From a virus (lineage: Duplodnaviria > Heunggongvirae > Uroviricota > Caudoviricetes), in IMG/VR virus record IMGVR_UViG_3300037156_000269, positions 96,626 through 160,625 of that record: DNA of 64,000 nt. The stretch is one strand, 5' to 3'. The number at the start of each line of letters is the position of its first letter. Positions within the stretch are counted from its first letter, which is position 1. Under the pieces are notes generated by a model. It had not been told where the DNA came from. It made no database searches and saw only the letters and a program-made list of their open reading frames with translations. A program made the translations under genes and the position numbers. Shown here piece after piece: positions 16,466-27,136 of the stretch.

Positions 16466-17218
16466 CTAGATCATGCCTGGGGCCGTAGCCTCAACATCCT
16501 CGGCGGAGGCTTGCTGCATGCTTTCCTTAAAATCTTCATAGGTCTCAACGGTGATTTTGATATCTTTAATGTTGATCAGCTCTGAGTCGACTTCTGTGAT
16601 ATAATTTCGAAAAGTCGTTACGCTCTTTGGGATACTAATTTTCCCTCTCCTGAAGTCCAACCCCATTTGTGTAATGCGCCAGTTTCCGGTACGACGACTA
16701 TCCACTGCTGCTATTAAGCCCCAATGGTCCATTTTTCCAAAATTTGAACTTTTAGATTGTCCACCTGGGGCCGAAATAAACCTATCGAACAACTCTTGCA
16801 CGTGAATGGTTTCATTCGGATCGTTGGGGAAGTCTAGAAGAGCACCAGCCAACAGTTTACTCATACTTGACGTGCTCTTCATCAACGGGGCATGACAATG
16901 TTCGCAGTATTTTTTCTTACCGCTGTAGTAAACATCCGCATAGGTGTCGGGATCGAAAAACGCATCGTAGCGGGCATTGCCATGCCCTGTATAAGCGCCA
17001 ACCCTGGGAGCCTCACCGTCACCTAGACGGTCGAGAACCACCTGGACGGTATTCTTTACTCTTTTTGTTGCCGCATCATAACCTTCGCTGACTGCCTTAA
17101 GAAATTGTCGAATTTGTTGTGCAGCTTCTGGAGAGGTTGTGGCAAACTTTGCAGCCAGATACTCCAAATCTTTGACATTTAATGCTGTTCTGTTTGTGTC
17201 TATTTTAAAATCTTCCAT
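16466..17218 (-). CDS. hypothetical protein
   Basis: 250-aa ORF with conserved start context. Confidence 0.5.
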   Translation of the reverse strand: MEDFKIDTNRTALNVKDLEYLAAKFATTSPEAAQQIRQFLKAVSEGYDAATKRVKNTVQVVLDRLGDGEAPRVGAYTGHGNARYDAFFDPDTYADVYYSGKKKYCEHCHAPLMKSTSSMSKLLAGALLDFPNDPNETIHVQELFDRFISAPGGQSKSSNFGKMDHWGLIAAVDSRRTGNWRITQMGLDFRRGKISIPKSVTTFRNYITEVDSELINIKDIKITVETYEDFKESMQQASAEDVEATAPGMI

Positions 17219-17354
17219 GAATCTCCTTAAAGTTGCTTCACAAGTGCTTTAATCTCACGAACCAAATTATCATACTCGATGTGCTCTTGCCAAGTCTCTG
17301 GTTTACCTAGATTTACAAGTTTCTCTATAGCTGAGTTGAGCCGGTCTACAAGTC

Positions 17355-17603
17355 TCACTCATCTCCCTCTCTCAGCCTCTTCGACAGATCGGCGGCGTAA
17401 TTAGCAAGCCACCCATTCGTGTAGGAAACTGAAGCGTAATCGCAATTCCGAACAATCTCCTCAACCTTTCCCGGCGGAAGATGGTCTCGCATAAGATCGT
17501 AGAGAAAGGACTGTACCCGATCGGTGCCCGACACGTTTCCAGAAACTGATCTGAGAGCGGCGCTGTATTCGTTAAATTTTTCTTTTTTTACTACCTCGTC
17601 CAT
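17355..17603 (-). CDS. hypothetical protein
   Basis: 82-aa ORF. Confidence 0.4.
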   Translation of the reverse strand: MDEVVKKEKFNEYSAALRSVSGNVSGTDRVQSFLYDLMRDHLPPGKVEEIVRNCDYASVSYTNGWLANYAADLSKRLREGDE

Positions 17604-17655
17604 GTATCTCCTTTCAACTACTTAACCCTCTCACTCCCAATTATAAGTGTGAGGG

Positions 17656-17868
17656 TTACTCTATTGATTCTATTGCTTTTTCCAGTTCCGGTTTATACAG
17701 GTAAATCTTATCCGCAATGCCAAGCACGACGCCATCACAAACGAGCTTTACGCCTTCCAGAATAATCGCAGTGCCTGTGCTGCTGTCGTAAGCTTGCCGA
17801 CATCCGAAAAGCTGAAGCTCCAAAGAATCCAGTCCTTTTATGAATTGAGGTAATGATTTTTCTGTCAT
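17656..17868 (-). CDS. hypothetical protein
   Basis: 70-aa ORF. Confidence 0.35.
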   Translation of the reverse strand: MTEKSLPQFIKGLDSLELQLFGCRQAYDSSTGTAIILEGVKLVCDGVVLGIADKIYLYKPELEKAIESIE

Positions 17869-18128
17869 GCAATCTCCACACCCAACACGTCATCGTCATC
17901 GTACCAAGACTCGAGGTCATCGAAGAGCCTCCTTCGTGCTACTACCACTTTCAGTTCGGAGACATCAAAGATGTGGTACCACTCGGAACTTTCTCCGCAC
18001 ATCCAACGGTCGTTTTGACTTGTGGCAAACTTTTCGCACTCTTCGATAGACGAGAAGTCACCACAAAAATCATGGAATCCCCCTCGTGGATAGTAGATGT
18101 CTCCGGCGAAGAGTAAATAGTTTTTCAT
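17865..18128 (-). CDS. hypothetical protein
   Basis: 87-aa ORF with start/stop coupling to neighbours. Confidence 0.4.
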   Translation of the reverse strand: MKNYLLFAGDIYYPRGGFHDFCGDFSSIEECEKFATSQNDRWMCGESSEWYHIFDVSELKVVVARRRLFDDLESWYDDDDVLGVEIA

Positions 18129-18430
18129 TTAGACCCCTTGGTTAATTCTTCCTCTAGGCGAGCCAGCTCTTTTTCCGCAACGGTGACTTTGTTCAGAAAA
18201 TGCGCGATTTTGTTTTTCGCTATTTGAATTCCACGATCAACCGCTTCTTCTTTTGTAGCAAAAACTACGGCTGGTTGCAGAAGCCAGTAATCATGGTCGT
18301 TTGACTTTTCACTGTAGAATAGCATTGCGTTTATTTCACCATTAGCTGTAACTCCATCTTTGGTGACAACGCCTTTTAAAACACGCCCTGCCGCCAGGGC
18401 CCAGATAGTTTGTCCTATTTTATACTCCAC
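18125..18430 (-). CDS. hypothetical protein
   Basis: 101-aa ORF. Confidence 0.4.
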   Translation of the reverse strand: MEYKIGQTIWALAAGRVLKGVVTKDGVTANGEINAMLFYSEKSNDHDYWLLQPAVVFATKEEAVDRGIQIAKNKIAHFLNKVTVAEKELARLEEELTKGSK

Positions 18431-18667
18431 TCAGGCATCCTTTCTTCAGTCTCCACCTAAAATACCGGCACGAGGAGCACCGGCAATCGGGGTTTATTTC
18501 ATTTGGGAATTGTCTAATTTTTCTTGGACGCGCGTCCCTAATGTACCCGTGATACGGGCCGCTCGTCTCAAGCCTAAGTCTCTCGATTCCCATCCACAGC
18601 TGCATGCCGGGTGTCTGACAGATACGGATCTTTTTGGTCTTTAAGACACTCACATACTCGAACATGC

Positions 18668-18925
18668 TCACAGCAGCTCACACTTCTTAATCGCCTTCAG
18701 CCGAGTGATTGCCTTTTCAGTGAGGTAGAAAAGTCCGTAACCTTCGGCCACAAGTCCTATTCCTTGTGGCTTGTGGAAAAAACCTTCCTTCACCATCTGC
18801 ACCATAGCCGGGTCGTTGAGCTCCGTGCAGTAGTGTGTGCGAAAGCCGGGCTTCTTTTCGGAATAGCCCCAGGCGTGTTTCATCATGTCGATTTGTTTAA
18901 AGGTGAGTACATCGTTGTGCTCCAT
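18668..18925 (-). CDS. hypothetical protein
   Basis: 85-aa ORF. Confidence 0.4.
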   Translation of the reverse strand: MEHNDVLTFKQIDMMKHAWGYSEKKPGFRTHYCTELNDPAMVQMVKEGFFHKPQGIGLVAEGYGLFYLTEKAITRLKAIKKCELL

Positions 18926-19501
18926 CGGCCTCCTCGTCGGTAATCAGTCCGTCTGCCGCCCCTCGGTTAACCACATCTTCGACCAGGAGGTGATCTGACC
19001 AAGACATTTTTTTAGGATTCATAGCTGTTAGCAGAATCATTAGGAATTCATTGCTCGTTTTCTGCGCCACGCGCACCGCCAGCTCGTGCGCTCGCGTCCC
19101 GTCTGTTAGTTTCTGTTCCACCGTCACCCCTCCCCTAGCCCTTGGCTGACGATCTTGCCTTTGTCATCGAACTTAAACCACCACCAGTACCCGTGCTGGC
19201 CGCCAGTGAACAAGGTCACTCGGTTCTGGGTAGCGGTAAACCGAACCACCTTAGCAGCGCCGTTTAGGAAGTGGATGAGGTTTTCTAAGTCAGTGTCAGT
19301 CTTTACTTGATCCGTCGTCATAGATTATCCTTCCAACAAATGTTAAGTTTTCTGTGCAAACCGGAACGCCGTCCATGACAGTACTTTTCCATATTATCCG
19401 AGCATCGGTATAGATAGTTTCCACACCCTCTTTGTTTACCACGTGCAGATCGCCGTCCTCGAGCCAGTATTCAATAACATCTAGAGGCTTACCCTCAATC
19501 A

Positions 19502-19861
19502 TCAGTCCATCCTCCCATAATCAAACCAGCACTCAATACCTTCTGCGTTGAGTTGCTTCACGATCTTGCCGACCGAGGCTTCCCAGGTGGCAGAACCCTG
19601 GCACGGGCTGATTTCATGGGGGTTGATGAGACATAATTCCTCAGGAGTGCGCTTGCGTTTACCCATAAAGTAGATCTTGATGCCTGCGCCGAGAACGCAC
19701 GTCCCGTAGTCGCCTTTCTTTTGGAAATACTTTTCGATCTCAGCTTTCCATCTTGCTTTAGCGACCGCGACGGAATTCATAAAAGCGGCACTCTCCAGAT
19801 CCACTGGCTGATAAACTGTGACTTCTTTTCTATTTGACGGTTCTAGTCTCATTTTCTTCAT
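19502..19861 (-). CDS. hypothetical protein
   Basis: 119-aa ORF in a run of overlap-coupled small genes (18897-19861). Confidence 0.45.
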   Translation of the reverse strand: MKKMRLEPSNRKEVTVYQPVDLESAAFMNSVAVAKARWKAEIEKYFQKKGDYGTCVLGAGIKIYFMGKRKRTPEELCLINPHEISPCQGSATWEASVGKIVKQLNAEGIECWFDYGRMD

Positions 19862-19873
19862 TTGTTATCCTGT

Positions 19874-20185
19874 TTATTTCTTTAATCTTCGTTTTTTCTT
19901 CTTGATGACCTTTTGCGCCTTAGCCACCCACTCACCCAACTTTTCAAGGTCGTGCTCATTAAGCCATAAAGATTTTTCAGCCACGACGCTTGCAAACCTA
20001 GGCACCTTAGCATCCGCAAAATTGCTGAACTCCTCGCTCCCGACCATAACTTGTGTGGGTAAAGCAATGTGGATTCGCCAAGTGAGATCTAAATCGTTAT
20101 CACTCTCATCTATGTCGCATTTGAGTTTGGGGTGATGACTTGCATCCCCCGCTAAAATTAAAGCTTTCATCCTTACTCCTTCCAT
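19874..20185 (-). CDS. hypothetical protein
   Basis: 103-aa ORF. Confidence 0.4.
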   Translation of the reverse strand: MEGVRMKALILAGDASHHPKLKCDIDESDNDLDLTWRIHIALPTQVMVGSEEFSNFADAKVPRFASVVAEKSLWLNEHDLEKLGEWVAKAQKVIKKKKRRLKK

Positions 20186-21186
20186 TCAATTTTCGGACAG
20201 TACCCGTCTTTTGTGGCTTTCACGTATTCCTTGAGCAAGGCAAAAGCGTCCGCAACCCCCGTGCCGATCGTCACAAAGATGTTTCCAACCATTCGGAATA
20301 TCCGAATGGTTCGCGGCCATGTCCGCTTTGGTTTTTCTTTTCTGTCCCTGATAGGAAGCAGAGCCCAGCATTTCGAGAAGACCTTTTTGATCAGCTTGAC
20401 AATAAACACACCAGCTACAAAAACGAGGGTGGCTCCAGCAGCGAAGGCTATAAAACACCCAAGCACTATCGCGAGCTCATGCCCTACAGAGAACCAAGGA
20501 ACTCTGATAAGACCCACTCCAATCCAGTAGAAGCCCCAAATAGCCGCCCCCAGAACAGGAGCGGCAACAAGGGCTAGGAGAACAGGTGCAAACTTTTGAG
20601 TCGCCGCAGCTAGCCGCATGAGACGTTGTCGACGCAGTTCGCGGAGACGTTTAGTTTCTTGTGCGGCGAGATACTCAGCCTTAAGCCTGCGCGCATCTTC
20701 TAGATTCTTCTCCTTCTTAAGAGCCTCCTGCCTGATCATGAGGTCCTCTCGGTACTTTATAGAAAGCTCCCACGCCTTCTGCTGGTCATTAATACTGTCT
20801 GCCCAACGCCTGTACAACTTTGCATCTTTGCTGAAGCGACTGTTGAACAGTGTTGCAATGTCGTCCGGTGTCAGCGCCGCTATCTTTGGCTCCACATACT
20901 TCGCATCAAATGGCTTGCAGATGTGTTCCTTGATCGGATTGCCGATAAAATCGACAGCGCGTTCTATGAGCTCACCCATGGCGGCGAAAGTCCACAGGAA
21001 GAGGCCGAAGAGACCGAGCACAATCTCTTTCCAAAAGAATACGAAAGACACCGCAAACAAACAGAACACAGTGAGCCAAAAGTACGGACAGAGATTGGGA
21101 AAATCATCTGACTGGGATTTTTGGATACCAAGCACGTACCGCTGCAAACGACGGTGCCAGCTATTTCGACTTAGGTTTATTTTCAT
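20173..21186 (-). CDS. polytopic membrane protein with central coiled coil
   Basis: Multiple hydrophobic helices flanking a charged coiled-coil segment; start MKINLS at 21186 with AAGGAG RBS. Confidence 0.5.
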   Translation of the reverse strand: MKINLSRNSWHRRLQRYVLGIQKSQSDDFPNLCPYFWLTVFCLFAVSFVFFWKEIVLGLFGLFLWTFAAMGELIERAVDFIGNPIKEHICKPFDAKYVEPKIAALTPDDIATLFNSRFSKDAKLYRRWADSINDQQKAWELSIKYREDLMIRQEALKKEKNLEDARRLKAEYLAAQETKRLRELRRQRLMRLAAATQKFAPVLLALVAAPVLGAAIWGFYWIGVGLIRVPWFSVGHELAIVLGCFIAFAAGATLVFVAGVFIVKLIKKVFSKCWALLPIRDRKEKPKRTWPRTIRIFRMVGNIFVTIGTGVADAFALLKEYVKATKDGYCPKIEWKE

Positions 21187-21403
21187 TTTTAGATCTCCTT
21201 TTAAGTTTTTGGTGCAGCCTGACTTTAAAATACTCATCAGACGGAATTTCGCAGATAAACTCGGCCCCACAGCCGACACATCCCATTATGAGACTTTCCT
21301 CATCTTCGTACTCGTCACTATCATAACTGCCAGTTGTAGGTTGCCCACACTTAGAGCAGATTCCGATAAGACTGGCTTTCCCTATGACCACATCAGTCCA
21401 CAT
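21161..21403 (-). CDS. small zinc-ribbon protein
   Basis: CSKCGQ ... CVGCG Cys pairs; AGGGAG RBS. Confidence 0.45.
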   Translation of the reverse strand: MWTDVVIGKASLIGICSKCGQPTTGSYDSDEYEDEESLIMGCVGCGAEFICEIPSDEYFKVRLHQKLKRRSKNENKPKSK

Positions 21404-21413
21404 ACTGCTCCCT

Positions 21414-21821
21414 TTAAATTTTAAGTTGTCTCCAGTTCCTCAGCAGATAGCTTGTCTGCCGAGTTACATCCAAGATCGTGCTTATACCCCGCACCACGTT
21501 CACGTCATCCTCTGGAATGAAGTGAGAGTAGTTCACAGTCAGCTCCGTGCCTTCGGAGATCCGCCACCGCGTAAACACCATGCCAAACAGATAAACGCAG
21601 TTTGGTTTATCTGAGTGGTTGATGTAGTCGGTGTCTTCTTTCTCGCCGTCAATGTACAGATACCCAAACAGACGAATGGCTGTCTGGTTCTCCTGCGAGT
21701 ACTGCTTTCGCCCGACGATTTGTGAGCTTCTCAGCCAGTTGATGACGAGCTTCCCTTGAGGCAAGTTCTGGGTCGCGAAGAGTCCGTAGCCGTGAATTGA
21801 GGAGTTGCGTTTCTCTAGCAC
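21414..21821 (-). CDS. SET-domain protein (putative lysine methyltransferase)
   Basis: GYGLFAT (GxG), YINHSDKPNC (NHSxxPN) and GTELTVNY (ELxxxY) motifs in SET order; 135 aa. Confidence 0.75.
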   Translation of the reverse strand: MLEKRNSSIHGYGLFATQNLPQGKLVINWLRSSQIVGRKQYSQENQTAIRLFGYLYIDGEKEDTDYINHSDKPNCVYLFGMVFTRWRISEGTELTVNYSHFIPEDDVNVVRGISTILDVTRQTSYLLRNWRQLKI

Positions 21822-21824
21822 TTC

Positions 21825-22241
21825 TTATCTTCCTTTTTTACAATTTTCATAAAACTTCCTGAGCGCGTACTTTTGCTTCATGGATAGCCTTCTGGTCCTA
21901 CGGAACTGCGAGTCGAGAGATTCTATGAACTCTCTTGAGTCACCGTAAACTTTAGTCAGACAGACTCTAAGCATTTCCTCAACAGAAACAGAGCCATCAA
22001 ATCCAGGGTAGTCATCCGGAGCTCTGTACTTCTTGTGATCAAAAGGATCTCGCTTGGTCCCTGTCGTGCTGCCTTTTGCTGCAAAATGCACAGAAGAAGA
22101 CTCGAAAGCCTTCTCCCATGTTGTTCCTGATTTTTTGATAAGAGCGTTTGCGAACCTGACCGCGCTTAGAGCCTCGTGATCATTTGTCGACGAGGATAGA
22201 TTCAGAAGCTTGATGAGTCGTGTCTTGTCCGCTTCTGTCAT
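21825..22241 (-). CDS. hypothetical protein
   Basis: 138-aa ORF. Confidence 0.45.
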   Translation of the reverse strand: MTEADKTRLIKLLNLSSSTNDHEALSAVRFANALIKKSGTTWEKAFESSSVHFAAKGSTTGTKRDPFDHKKYRAPDDYPGFDGSVSVEEMLRVCLTKVYGDSREFIESLDSQFRRTRRLSMKQKYALRKFYENCKKGR

Positions 22242-22551
22242 CTTTAACCCCCTCGATCATCCACATAAGTAAGTACGCTGTAGCGTACGGGTGCGGGCAT
22301 TTGGCCAGAAGTTCCCGTGAAACAAAATCCTCGCCGGTGTTCTCAACCCAATTCAAGAGCACCCGGTGCTCTTGCTCAGTTAATTCGTCATAAGCGAGCT
22401 CGAACATCTGGTCTCCGAAATCCTCCTCTTCATCTTGTATGATGCCAGCTAGTAACTCAGAAAGCTTTTCCCCAAACAGCGAAAACTTATCTCTTGCATC
22501 TAAAATTTCCATTTGAATCTCCTGTTTACTGTTGTACGACCGTAACCTCAT
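22180..22551 (-). CDS. hypothetical acidic protein
   Basis: 123-aa ORF. Confidence 0.4.
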   Translation of the reverse strand: MRLRSYNSKQEIQMEILDARDKFSLFGEKLSELLAGIIQDEEEDFGDQMFELAYDELTEQEHRVLLNWVENTGEDFVSRELLAKCPHPYATAYLLMWMIEGVKDDRSGQDTTHQASESILVDK

Positions 22552-24283
22552 CCACTTCTGTTTCTACCTTCGCCACAAACGTCTGAAGATCGGCCGGAAC
22601 TAAATAACGCCACTGATCCATTAATTCAGTGTCGTCCACGAAGAGCCACGACGGAGCTCGCGCGCCTGCTGCTTTTCTGAGCGACACGCAAAACGACATA
22701 TCTGACTTCATTTTTCTGCCAGAAGACAAACTTGAGTATGGAATGCCGCCAGCCGAGATTGCCAAGCTCCCATCCACCAACTCCACATCAACACCCTCAA
22801 CCTGCAACGTCTCTAGAATTTTCCTAGTTTCTACTTTTGGAAGATCCTTGAGTGCCTGCTCGAGAGCGCCGTAGTCCGCACACTGGCGCTCTTTCACAGC
22901 GATAGCTGACACAAGTAAACTTTCCTGCTCACGCATCTGCCCAAGCTGAGTCGCCTGGCGCTGTGCCACGTTGAGTGCCGTACTGATGTCGAGCTGCTGT
23001 TGGCGCAAAGTCTTCTCATCACCGGGCGGTTTTTCAGGTGCCGCAGGCTCCTTGATCTTCTGAATCTCAACGAGCTCACGCTGAAGCTTTACTAGGTTAG
23101 CCTCTACATTGGCTTTACTTAGCGTCAGCTGCTTGTGCTCGCTTTTAAGATTTGTAAGATCAACCATAATGCCCTGGGCCTCGTCGAGCCCCATCTTAAT
23201 CGTGGCGTTCACTTTCTCATTGAACGTCGCGATCTCGCGCGCCTCTTTATTGTAGGCGAGAAGCTCCTTCTCATAAGACCCCATGATGTGATTCACGTGG
23301 TCCTCACCTACCGTCTGGCCGCAAGCATCGCACTTGGATCCGGCTTTTGGCGCCGCCGGCTTCTTTGGGGGAAACGGGACAGGTTTTAATTTCTTACCCA
23401 AAGTCACCGTAGCCGCGCGAACATCGCCTTCTTTCTTTGTGAGCTGAGCGATCGTATCTTCCATAAACTTGAACTGTTCTGGAGGTGGCACTTTAGATGC
23501 CAAAATCCCCGCCTCGATAGCGCCGCGGCGGTTGAGGGACTCACCAAAACGCATTGCGTCGGTCTGGTATTTAGCCAGAGCCTGGCGGTAGAAATCGTGG
23601 GCCGCGAGCTGCGCGTTCAGGTCGTTTAAGGCGCCGGAGTAGGATTCAGTGTCTACATCGTCCTGGGCGGTCAGCTGTGAGAGTTGGGCCCTGACCTGGC
23701 TCAATGCCCCCTCATCCGAAGCTTTCACGTTCTGGAGCTGTCTGCGTTCGCCTGCGATGGCATCAGCATCGATCTTGGGGCTCACGAGCTTCACCTTGGC
23801 CGGGATCTGCGTCCCTGCCGGGAGCATCGACTGAAGAAGGGCCCTGCGATCGACGGCCGCGAGCTCTCCTAAAACTGCAAGCTGCTTCACATCTTTGAGC
23901 GACATGAAGTAGCCGGCGTTCCAGCAGCACATGAAGGTGTCGAGCTTAAGCTTTAAAAGAGCCTCGAGCTCCGTCTGGTTCATGGAGACAGGGGGCAAGG
24001 CGCCACGCGCGAACTTAATAACACTTGTCTTGCCTCGGGCCTTTGTGCGCGTAATGGTCGCATGCTGTGTTGTAACCGACACCTCGGTCTTGTCCTGGCC
24101 TTTTGTGATGAGGTGGTCGGGGCTGTTGCCATTGGAGTCGGTGCCGTACCACACGAAAGCGAACGCTTCCTTCACGGTACTTTTGCCAGACTCGTTCGGT
24201 CCACAAATGATGTTAATGTTTGGTCCGAATTCGAGAACTCGGCAGTGACCGCGAAAGTAGTTCATGCTGACTGTTTTAATCAT
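22526..24283 (-). CDS. SbcC/Rad50-like SMC-family ATPase
   Basis: N-terminal Walker A GPNESGKST, long coiled coil, C-terminal signature/Walker-B-like LFVDDTELMD. Confidence 0.7.
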   Translation of the reverse strand: MIKTVSMNYFRGHCRVLEFGPNINIICGPNESGKSTVKEAFAFVWYGTDSNGNSPDHLITKGQDKTEVSVTTQHATITRTKARGKTSVIKFARGALPPVSMNQTELEALLKLKLDTFMCCWNAGYFMSLKDVKQLAVLGELAAVDRRALLQSMLPAGTQIPAKVKLVSPKIDADAIAGERRQLQNVKASDEGALSQVRAQLSQLTAQDDVDTESYSGALNDLNAQLAAHDFYRQALAKYQTDAMRFGESLNRRGAIEAGILASKVPPPEQFKFMEDTIAQLTKKEGDVRAATVTLGKKLKPVPFPPKKPAAPKAGSKCDACGQTVGEDHVNHIMGSYEKELLAYNKEAREIATFNEKVNATIKMGLDEAQGIMVDLTNLKSEHKQLTLSKANVEANLVKLQRELVEIQKIKEPAAPEKPPGDEKTLRQQQLDISTALNVAQRQATQLGQMREQESLLVSAIAVKERQCADYGALEQALKDLPKVETRKILETLQVEGVDVELVDGSLAISAGGIPYSSLSSGRKMKSDMSFCVSLRKAAGARAPSWLFVDDTELMDQWRYLVPADLQTFVAKVETEVDEVTVVQQ

Positions 24284-24753
24284 GTAAATCTCCTGTTTAA
24301 ACTCTTATATCTGAATTGTGCGGATTTGTGATTTACCTAATTTGGGTTTTTATTTACCTAAAAAGGGTAACTCACTTTTTGAGCTACTTATCTTCCTCTC
24401 CATGCACCTGAACCGCCTCAACCTTTGGGTAGTTACCTCTCGTCCCCGTAGCCTTATATGCTGCTTTTATTTTCTCGGCTTCTTTGTAGGCTAGCTCCTC
24501 TGTGGTATAAAACCTTGAGACCTGAAACACTTTCGAATCATCAGAGACCCTGAGCCACGACACTTGATAAACAATCATTTCTTCCCCTTTTTAGGACTGA
24601 GCTCTTCTCTTGTCGGCTCCCTGTCCAGATGTCCAATGTACTGCACATTTATGTTGGTAGAGTGGCTGTTGATGAAGTCATAGGCCAACTCTAGAGTTTC
24701 AAAACGCACAAAGTAAAAATAGTCGTTATGTTTATATCTATACTGAACGTAGT

Positions 24754-25074
24754 TCATTTGATCGCCTTCCCCTTTCTTTCTCTCCATTTATCCCTGGCAT
24801 CTGATACACGGCAGTGTCCGTTTTGGCTGAGCTCGCGCCCTATGATTTCCAGTGCAGCCATGACGGCCTCATCCTCGCTGTACCACCAGGCCTCTTGTAT
24901 GAGTCTATTCCCAATATCTCGGCGAGCGATCTCGGCCGCCTTGTAAGAGAGATTGACGTAGGCCTCTTTAAACTTGTCGACCATGTAGCCGATGGAGCCT
25001 GCGCAGAAGCCTATAGAAACCACAACGCAAACTCCGACTCCGATCCATGAGAATAAAATTGTCATCATCTCCAC
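24754..25074 (-). CDS. membrane protein
   Basis: N-terminal TM helix. Confidence 0.4.
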   Translation of the reverse strand: MEMMTILFSWIGVGVCVVVSIGFCAGSIGYMVDKFKEAYVNLSYKAAEIARRDIGNRLIQEAWWYSEDEAVMAALEIIGRELSQNGHCRVSDARDKWRERKGKAIK

Positions 25075-25477
25075 TCCTGATAATAGTCACAGTACCATCT
25101 AAGCCATTTGTCATACTCTTCGAGAGTCATCATTTTTCTTTTCTTAGAGCCGAACATAACTTTTATAGGCCCCAAATGAAAGGTCCACCCAAACCAAAGT
25201 CTTTCAAGCCCAGTCGCACCAATCTCCCAGCCGTGCCAGGTAAACCAACTCCACCACCGTGCGTTGAGAGAAAAATTTAGTTTGATTGGCCAGTACATGT
25301 AACGCTTAAAGGGCGGCTGTGGAACTTGTCTCATTTTTTACTCCCATTGCCTTTTGAATAATTAGCACCCTCTCCATCAAATACTTACGACGCTCATCTG
25401 TAGGGCTTTGGCAGTAAGCTTTGACTTCCTCAGAGAGAACCTCAAGCGCAGCCATTGCAATTTTAAGCTTCTTCAGA

Positions 25478-25819
25478 TCAGAAGACATGCAGCCCCCAGA
25501 AATTAATAAGCGGAACTGTCAGCACCAAAACCGTCATGTGGAGAGCCTGGTCGGCTCCAATAACAACGAAAAATTTATGAATGTCCTGCTTTTTCCAAAG
25601 GTAGCTCGTCATGCGAGAGGTACAAAAATCCGTAGCGAAGTGGGCCGCGCCATTGATCAGAGCAAACTTCCATCCGAACGGTATTAGAAACAATGTGTAC
25701 GCTAAAATATGCGTCGATAGCCACCTAAGTGACGTGCTCTTGTTGTTTGCCATCTTGCGAGTTTGGAAGATGAAGTCAGCCATCCAGTGAACCCAGATAA
25801 GAATTATGAGGACCGTCAT
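25478..25819 (-). CDS. polytopic small membrane protein
   Basis: Three hydrophobic helices. Confidence 0.4.
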   Translation of the reverse strand: MTVLIILIWVHWMADFIFQTRKMANNKSTSLRWLSTHILAYTLFLIPFGWKFALINGAAHFATDFCTSRMTSYLWKKQDIHKFFVVIGADQALHMTVLVLTVPLINFWGLHVF

Positions 25820-26112
25820 CTGTCCGACCTCTCCCCTGTTTCCGGGTCTACGTTGACTGTGCCGATCGCGCGAATCAGTATCGCCAGCCCCTTAAATTTT
25901 GGGTTATCAAAACCCTCTATTAAGCCTGCCGCAAGCTCTTTTGCTTTTCTAAACCCATCCAGATAAGCCACGTCCTCAATGGACTGAGCGCTGCTGCCAT
26001 GCTTCTCAACCCACTGCCGTGCTAAAAACTCTTGTGCTTTCATTTGTGTCTCCTGTTGGTTTAATAATCTCTTGAATTTCCGCCAGAGCGTTCGCACACG
26101 CCACGTGGTCAT
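25816..26112 (-). CDS. hypothetical protein
   Basis: 98-aa ORF. Confidence 0.4.
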   Translation of the reverse strand: MTTWRVRTLWRKFKRLLNQQETQMKAQEFLARQWVEKHGSSAQSIEDVAYLDGFRKAKELAAGLIEGFDNPKFKGLAILIRAIGTVNVDPETGERSDR

Positions 26113-26935
26113 CTTCAGGGTATTCTCCGGGAGCTGCGTGACGCGCGTCCAGAGCTTTCTGTATTCTCTGATGCGTGCCTTCTAGCTTTGTAACACGAGC
26201 CTGAAGCTCGCCTACAAGTTCCCTGAAATCCTCCTCTATGTTCACTTATATCTCCCAATTATAATCGCGATTAAAATAAGTAATCCGTATCCCAAGATAA
26301 ACCCTAGAAAACTATACGCCGGCCACCAGATATCAAAATTATTCCAAGCCGGTAGCGCCACTTATCTCCCTTTTAAATCTCTCCAGTTTACACCCACCCG
26401 ACGCGCCTCATGAAGTCTTCTTTGGAATGAGATGAGTAAATCCTCTTCGTACTTCGGAAGAGGTTTCTCTTCTTTCATAATCTTTCGCAGCCTGAGCCGC
26501 TGCTTCTGCTCGTTAAACGTCGCTGTCATTTCTTTCTGACTCCTGTTTTAAATTTAGTCATTTCCCAGAGCTTGAGAATCTGCTGTCTGGTTCTTGACCC
26601 TATGAATCTCTCAATCCTGGACTCCTCTGCGCGCTGGGCGTTTTGGGCGGCCTCTTCAAGGGCACCTTTGATCCAAGAGATCTTTGTATCGTCGTCCTCA
26701 CAGAACGGAGAATTCATCTTCTCCACAAGATCGTTTGCCACTTCGAGACACGTTTTGCTCTGACTTGCGAAAATATCTGTGCGCATTTACCACATCCATC
26801 TTTTACCTGTTGCCCAGGTTCCATCAATATTTCCAACCAGCATCTCATAAATCAAGACCAGGAACGCAAACGTGCCAAACCACAACGGCATGGTTAGAAA
26901 AATGATCCAATTAGTCAGCGCTAACAGAAGTCGTT

Positions 26936-27136
26936 TCATTTTACCAATACCTCAAACTTTACTGGCAGGTACGTTAGAATCTTACAAATCGTCCCAAGAG
27001 ACGGCTCGCGCTTGCCGTTGAGAATCTGAGAGATAGCCGCCTGTGTAAGCCCCGTTCTTTCTGCAACGTCTTTTTGACAAAGACCTAAAGCATCCATCAC
27101 AGCCTCCAGATTCTTACCAAAGTTTTCCGAGTTCAT
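26936..27136 (-). CDS. XRE-family HTH regulator (paralogue of 50931-51266)
   Basis: GLCQKDVAERTGLTQAAISQILNGKREPS. Confidence 0.6.
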   Translation of the reverse strand: MNSENFGKNLEAVMDALGLCQKDVAERTGLTQAAISQILNGKREPSLGTICKILTYLPVKFEVLVK

